Positions 55,241-58,296 of a stretch of 58,296 nucleotides of DNA are shown piece after piece. The position numbers and the translations under genes were made by a program. Numbering within the stretch: position 1 is the stretch's first letter; the number at the start of each line of letters is the position of its first letter. The notes under the pieces are model-generated. The model saw nothing but the letters and a program-made list of their open reading frames with translations, searched no databases and was not told where the DNA came from. The stretch comes from a virus (lineage: Duplodnaviria; Caudoviricetes): positions 1 to 58,296 of IMG/VR virus record IMGVR_UViG_3300042889_002114; one strand, 5' to 3'.

Positions 55241-55897
55241 ATGTTCTACTTGGTCTATAAAATCACCAACACGGTGAATGGTAAAATCTACATCGGCGCC
55301 CATAAGACTGCTGATGTAAATGACAACTATATGGGATCTGGTTCCATCTTGAAGATGGCCCAAGAGAAATATGGCACGTCAAACTTCACCAAAGAGATTC
55401 TGTTTGTCTTCAGCTCACCAGAAGAGATGTTCCTTATGGAAGCTCAACTGGTCAATGAAGACTTTGTATCTAGAGCAGATACCTACAACCTAAAAGAGGG
55501 TGGTACCGGTGGCTTTGGCTTCATTCACCAACACAATCTACACCTTAATGGGGTTCCCAACTTCACAAAGGACAATGCCAAGGCGTTAAGCATCAAAGGT
55601 AACGGGAGGAAGGAAATCCTCCATGCTACTGATCCAGAGTGGAGGCAGAGATACTTGGACAGAATGTCCAAGTCCATGCGCGGCCATCAAGGTTTCCTGG
55701 GTAAGACCCATAGTGCTGAGACACTAGAAAAGATGCGGCAGGCTAAAACTGCTCATGGTTTAGGAAAGAACAATTCGCAATTCGGCTCCTTCTGGATCTA
55801 TAATGAGACTACTGGAGAATCCTGTAAAACCAAGGGTGATATCCCGGAAGGTTGGATTCGTGGTCGAAAGATAGGAACCCGAAGAAATGATCTTTGA
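55241..55897 (+). CDS. GIY-YIG homing endonuclease (Seg-like)
   Basis: LVYKITNTVNGKIYIG...YMGSG...YNLKEGG; NUMOD3-like GKTHSAET. Confidence 0.9.
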   Translation: MFYLVYKITNTVNGKIYIGAHKTADVNDNYMGSGSILKMAQEKYGTSNFTKEILFVFSSPEEMFLMEAQLVNEDFVSRADTYNLKEGGTGGFGFIHQHNLHLNGVPNFTKDNAKALSIKGNGRKEILHATDPEWRQRYLDRMSKSMRGHQGFLGKTHSAETLEKMRQAKTAHGLGKNNSQFGSFWIYNETTGESCKTKGDIPEGWIRGRKIGTRRNDL

Positions 55898-56147
55898 AAA
55901 AGTTGAAGTCACAGAACATCAGTTTAGCACAATCAAAAATGACTATGATTTGAAAATCATGTTCAGAAGTGGTGGATGGCCATCAGATGATGAACAATAT
56001 CTTGGCATGATTGAGCTCAGACTAGATTGTGGCAATAGCCTACTCACCGATTCAGTCAATGACTGCCTTAGATTGACTAAAGAAGATGCCATCCTTCAAC
56101 TTCGAAGGGCAGCTGATTTTCTAGAATCAGAACTAAACGGGGAGTGA
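55887..56147 (+). CDS. hypothetical protein
   Basis: 86-aa ORF overlapping the endonuclease stop. Confidence 0.55.
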   Translation: MIFEKVEVTEHQFSTIKNDYDLKIMFRSGGWPSDDEQYLGMIELRLDCGNSLLTDSVNDCLRLTKEDAILQLRRAADFLESELNGE

Positions 56148-56157
56148 TCCCCACAAT

Positions 56158-56232
56158 GGGCCCTTAGTGGTAATGGTAAAACGACGCTTTCGCACGGCGT
56201 AGATAAGGGTTCGATTCCCTTAGGGTCCACCA
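56158..56232 (+). tRNA. tRNA-Ala(CGC)
   Basis: G3:U70; ACGCT-TTCGCAC-GGCGT; ACCA. Confidence 0.9.
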
Positions 56233-56282
56233 ATATAATCAGCTCATCGGGGTAGGATCAGCTGGGTAAGACAACCTATCAT

Positions 56283-56357
56283 CAGGGTAGGATCGGCAAG
56301 TGAAGAGGTCACGCTTGGAACGTGGCAGGCCAGGAGCGTTACCTGGTACCCTGACCA
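56283..56357 (+). tRNA. tRNA-Pro(TGG), atypical T loop
   Basis: TCACG-CTTGGAA-CGTGG; ACCA. Confidence 0.8.
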
Positions 56358-56596
56358 ACATATTGACTAGTAGTTCTGTTCACTATAAGATGTGTTTAGT
56401 TCTCGGACTTAAACCGAGTGGCGAGGATGAGAAATCATTCCCGACGTTCTTGGACGTAAACCAAGTGGTGGAGCGCCTTGAATCTTGGTTCACGGCTCCA
56501 GTCCTGGCAGGGGACTTTAACTCTGCCCACAATACGGCGGGATCAAGGCGGCAGTCTCATGGGGTGACCCTGTAGCAACGGCCTCCCGTGCGTTAT

Positions 56597-56671
56597 AGGG
56601 GTGTAGTAAAGTGGCCTATACACCGGTCTCCAAAACCGAGCATGGGGGTTCGATTCCCTCCACCCTTGCCA
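56597..56671 (+). tRNA. tRNA-Trp(CCA)
   Basis: CGGT-CTCCAAA-ACCG; GCCA. Confidence 0.9.
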
Positions 56672-56789
56672 AATAGATCTTACGAAGGCCTGGGGTGTGG
56701 TTGAAAGATGGGCCCCTTGGACTCGAGACTTCGTGAGTAAAGGTGTAGCTGCCCTCGACACAACTAAAGGCGCACCAATAATTTCCCAT

Positions 56790-56880
56790 AGGGGTGGGAC
56801 TGGCGATCGGATTCCAAACCCGATGACGTTTAACCTAAGCCAGTGGTAGTCTACGGGTTCAATTCCTGCCACCCTTGCCA
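56790..56880 (+). tRNA. atypical tRNA-Trp(CCA): no D hairpin, ~29-nt variable region
   Basis: Same acceptor stem as the tRNA at 56597; TTCCAAA loop; GCCA. Confidence 0.65.
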
Positions 56881-56887
56881 ACTCAAT

Positions 56888-56921
56888 GGTCCTATAGCTT
56901 AATGGCAGAGCCCTCCGCTTG
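56888..56921 (+). pseudogene. 5' half remnant of a tRNA (Ile-like) ending at G34
   Basis: GGTCCTATAGCTTAATGGCAGAGCCCTCCGCTTG followed by CTAAATA. Confidence 0.82.
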
Positions 56922-56932
56922 CTAAATACGGC

Positions 56933-57574
56933 ATGAACCGTAAACGTAAATATGACTACCAACAGATCCAAGAACTGTATGACAGTGGTTTTTCAATTAA
57001 GATTACCTGTAAAATTTCAGGTATGTCACCGGCTAGATTCAATGCTCTTGTAAAGCAAGGATTTCTTGTTACTAGGACACAATCAGAAGCCGCTATACTT
57101 ACTGGAGGATCAGGCTTTTGTTCTCCTGATTATGTGGGTTCTGAGAAACATAGACAGTCCTCGGCAAAGGGTGGTGGATATAAAGAGCGAGCGGGACGTT
57201 CCAAGGGTGCATTCCGTATAGACGGCTATGGTGTCAAAACCTGGCTACAATCAAGCTATGAGACGCAACTAGCAGATATCATGACGCAAAATGATATTCT
57301 ATGGTGTCGCCCCAAAGCACTCTCCTATAATGATGGAGATCGGGATAGGAAATACTATCCTGATTTCTTCCTTCCAGACTATGATTTGTATCTGGATACG
57401 AAGAACGACTACTTGGCTAAAGTGGACGCGGGTAAGATTGAACTGGTTCGAAACCAACATGGTATTCAACTGTTCATCATCACGCAGAAGCAAATCACAC
57501 TGGAGTATCTCCAGTCATTATGGTCTCATCGTACAATGGCTCAGTACGCTCGGCTGATAACCGGGAAATCGTAG
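56933..57574 (+). CDS. free-standing PD-(D/E)XK (TnsA_N-like) putative homing endonuclease
   Basis: QSSYE...WCRP...YYPDFFLP...YLDTKN; N-terminal HTH-like module. Confidence 0.82.
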   Translation: MNRKRKYDYQQIQELYDSGFSIKITCKISGMSPARFNALVKQGFLVTRTQSEAAILTGGSGFCSPDYVGSEKHRQSSAKGGGYKERAGRSKGAFRIDGYGVKTWLQSSYETQLADIMTQNDILWCRPKALSYNDGDRDRKYYPDFFLPDYDLYLDTKNDYLAKVDAGKIELVRNQHGIQLFIITQKQITLEYLQSLWSHRTMAQYARLITGKS

Positions 57575-57598
57575 GTTCAATTCCTCGTGGGACTACCA
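57522..57598 (+). tRNA. tRNA-Ile(GAT), largely inside the 3' end of the endonuclease ORF
   Basis: CTCGG-CTGATAA-CCGGG; ACCA. Confidence 0.88.
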
Positions 57599-57687
57599 AG
57601 CAGACGCGGTGTCTGTTTGTTACGATCTTGAATCTCTAGGATGTGTGGGCTCATTACCCACCAGGATCTCTAACTAAGGTGAACGCT

Positions 57688-57966
57688 ATGGTTGGTAGGA
57701 TTGAAACCTACATCCACAGTGACAACATCACGCCCAACAAGGGTGGTGTGTTGATCTATGTGAAATGTGATACAGACTTCGCGGCTAGAACCCCGGAGTT
57801 CATCGAGTTCTCTGAGATGGCTGCAAAGCGCGTCTATGGTGCGGATGCACTCTCTTGGGAAGACACCATCGCGGTGTTTCCCGATATGGAGGAGCGCCGT
57901 ATAGAACTCCAGAAGAAGATTCGGGAGACGGTTGCCGTTGAGGCGATTCAGATCTTGAAGCTTTGA
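57688..57966 (+). CDS. minimal EF-Ts-like protein (core subdomain only)
   Basis: GRIETYIH...GVLIYVKCDTDFAARTPEF matches the EF-Ts TDFV motif; ends KIRE.V.V. Confidence 0.75.
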   Translation: MVGRIETYIHSDNITPNKGGVLIYVKCDTDFAARTPEFIEFSEMAAKRVYGADALSWEDTIAVFPDMEERRIELQKKIRETVAVEAIQILKL

Positions 57967-58013
57967 TCTTGACTGTGGCCCTGAGACTAAATATCTTGGG
58001 GCCACGGTCTCAT

Positions 58014-58096
58014 GCCCTTGTGGTGGAATTGGTAGACGCGCTGCACTCAAAACGCAGTTCTTCGGAGTGTCGGTTCGAGTCCGACCAGGGGCACCA
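58014..58096 (+). tRNA. tRNA-Leu(CAA)
   Basis: CTCAAAA loop; variable arm; ACCA. Confidence 0.92.
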
Positions 58097-58106
58097 ATCC
58101 AACGAC

Positions 58107-58180
58107 GCTCCAGTCGTATAGTGGTATTACGCCGCCTTCGTAACGCGGATACAGGGGTTCAATTCCTCTTTGGAGCACCA
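58107..58180 (+). tRNA. tRNA-Thr(CGT)
   Basis: TTCGTAA loop; C2:G71; ACCA. Confidence 0.88.
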
Positions 58181-58184
58181 ATAC

Positions 58185-58261
58185 GCCCTTGTAGTCCAAC
58201 GGTAGAGGCAACCGGTTTAAGCCCGGTAAAGGTGATGGGTTCGAATCCCTCCAGGGGCACC
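58185..58261 (+). tRNA. tRNA-Leu(TAA), short variable arm
   Basis: ACCGG-TTTAAGC-CCGGT. Confidence 0.85.
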
Positions 58262-58296
58262 GATTGACAAAACTCAACCACCCAGCTAAGTAGGTC

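Noticed and set aside
55140-55897. GIY-YIG gene at 55241 as another replacement cassette
   Set aside because: It shares ACTAAATAGAGTATG with ORF 49143, but follows an intact tRNA-Pro with no remnant or attached cargo tRNA.
45880-58277. Many short ORF-track calls across the tRNA array (for example 51302-51829, 56543-56971)
   Set aside because: They overlap tRNA genes and lack an RBS or protein-like composition.

Overview
Segment of a large (jumbo-type) dsDNA bacteriophage genome. The host is probably an alphaproteobacterium, based on a tRNA-His that lacks G-1 and has G1:U72/A73, and on a ROSE-like hsp20 leader. Left part (1-24.6 kb): host-like proteostasis and translation genes (clpX, infC, rpsU/bS21, hsp20, clpS), a 3381-aa tail fibre with a C-terminal chaperone, a vWA protein, and a DUF1190/YgiC/DUF350 module. 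Middle (24.6-44.4 kb): two promoter-driven structured non-coding regions, then small accessory genes (HD hydrolase, WYL, ADP-ribosylglycohydrolase, P-loop kinase, HNH, tandem paralogues). Right part (44.4-58.3 kb): a dense RNA-gene array holding most of the window's ~50 tRNAs (all amino acids except Cys), several tRNA-like RNAs, three Y RNAs, a mini EF-Ts and eight free-standing endonuclease genes. The most striking pattern is that 5-6 endonuclease genes from three nuclease families share one architecture. A resident tRNA gene is broken at its anticodon loop, a TAAATA promoter plus the endonuclease ORF starts at the break, and an intact, sequence-divergent tRNA of apparently the same isoacceptor is attached to the ORF end, often overlapping it. 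Other candidates are a GGA-rich RNA in a tRNA scaffold and a leader-peptide attenuator upstream of the tRNA array. All calls were made by eye from sequence and motif recognition; no searches or folding programs were run.
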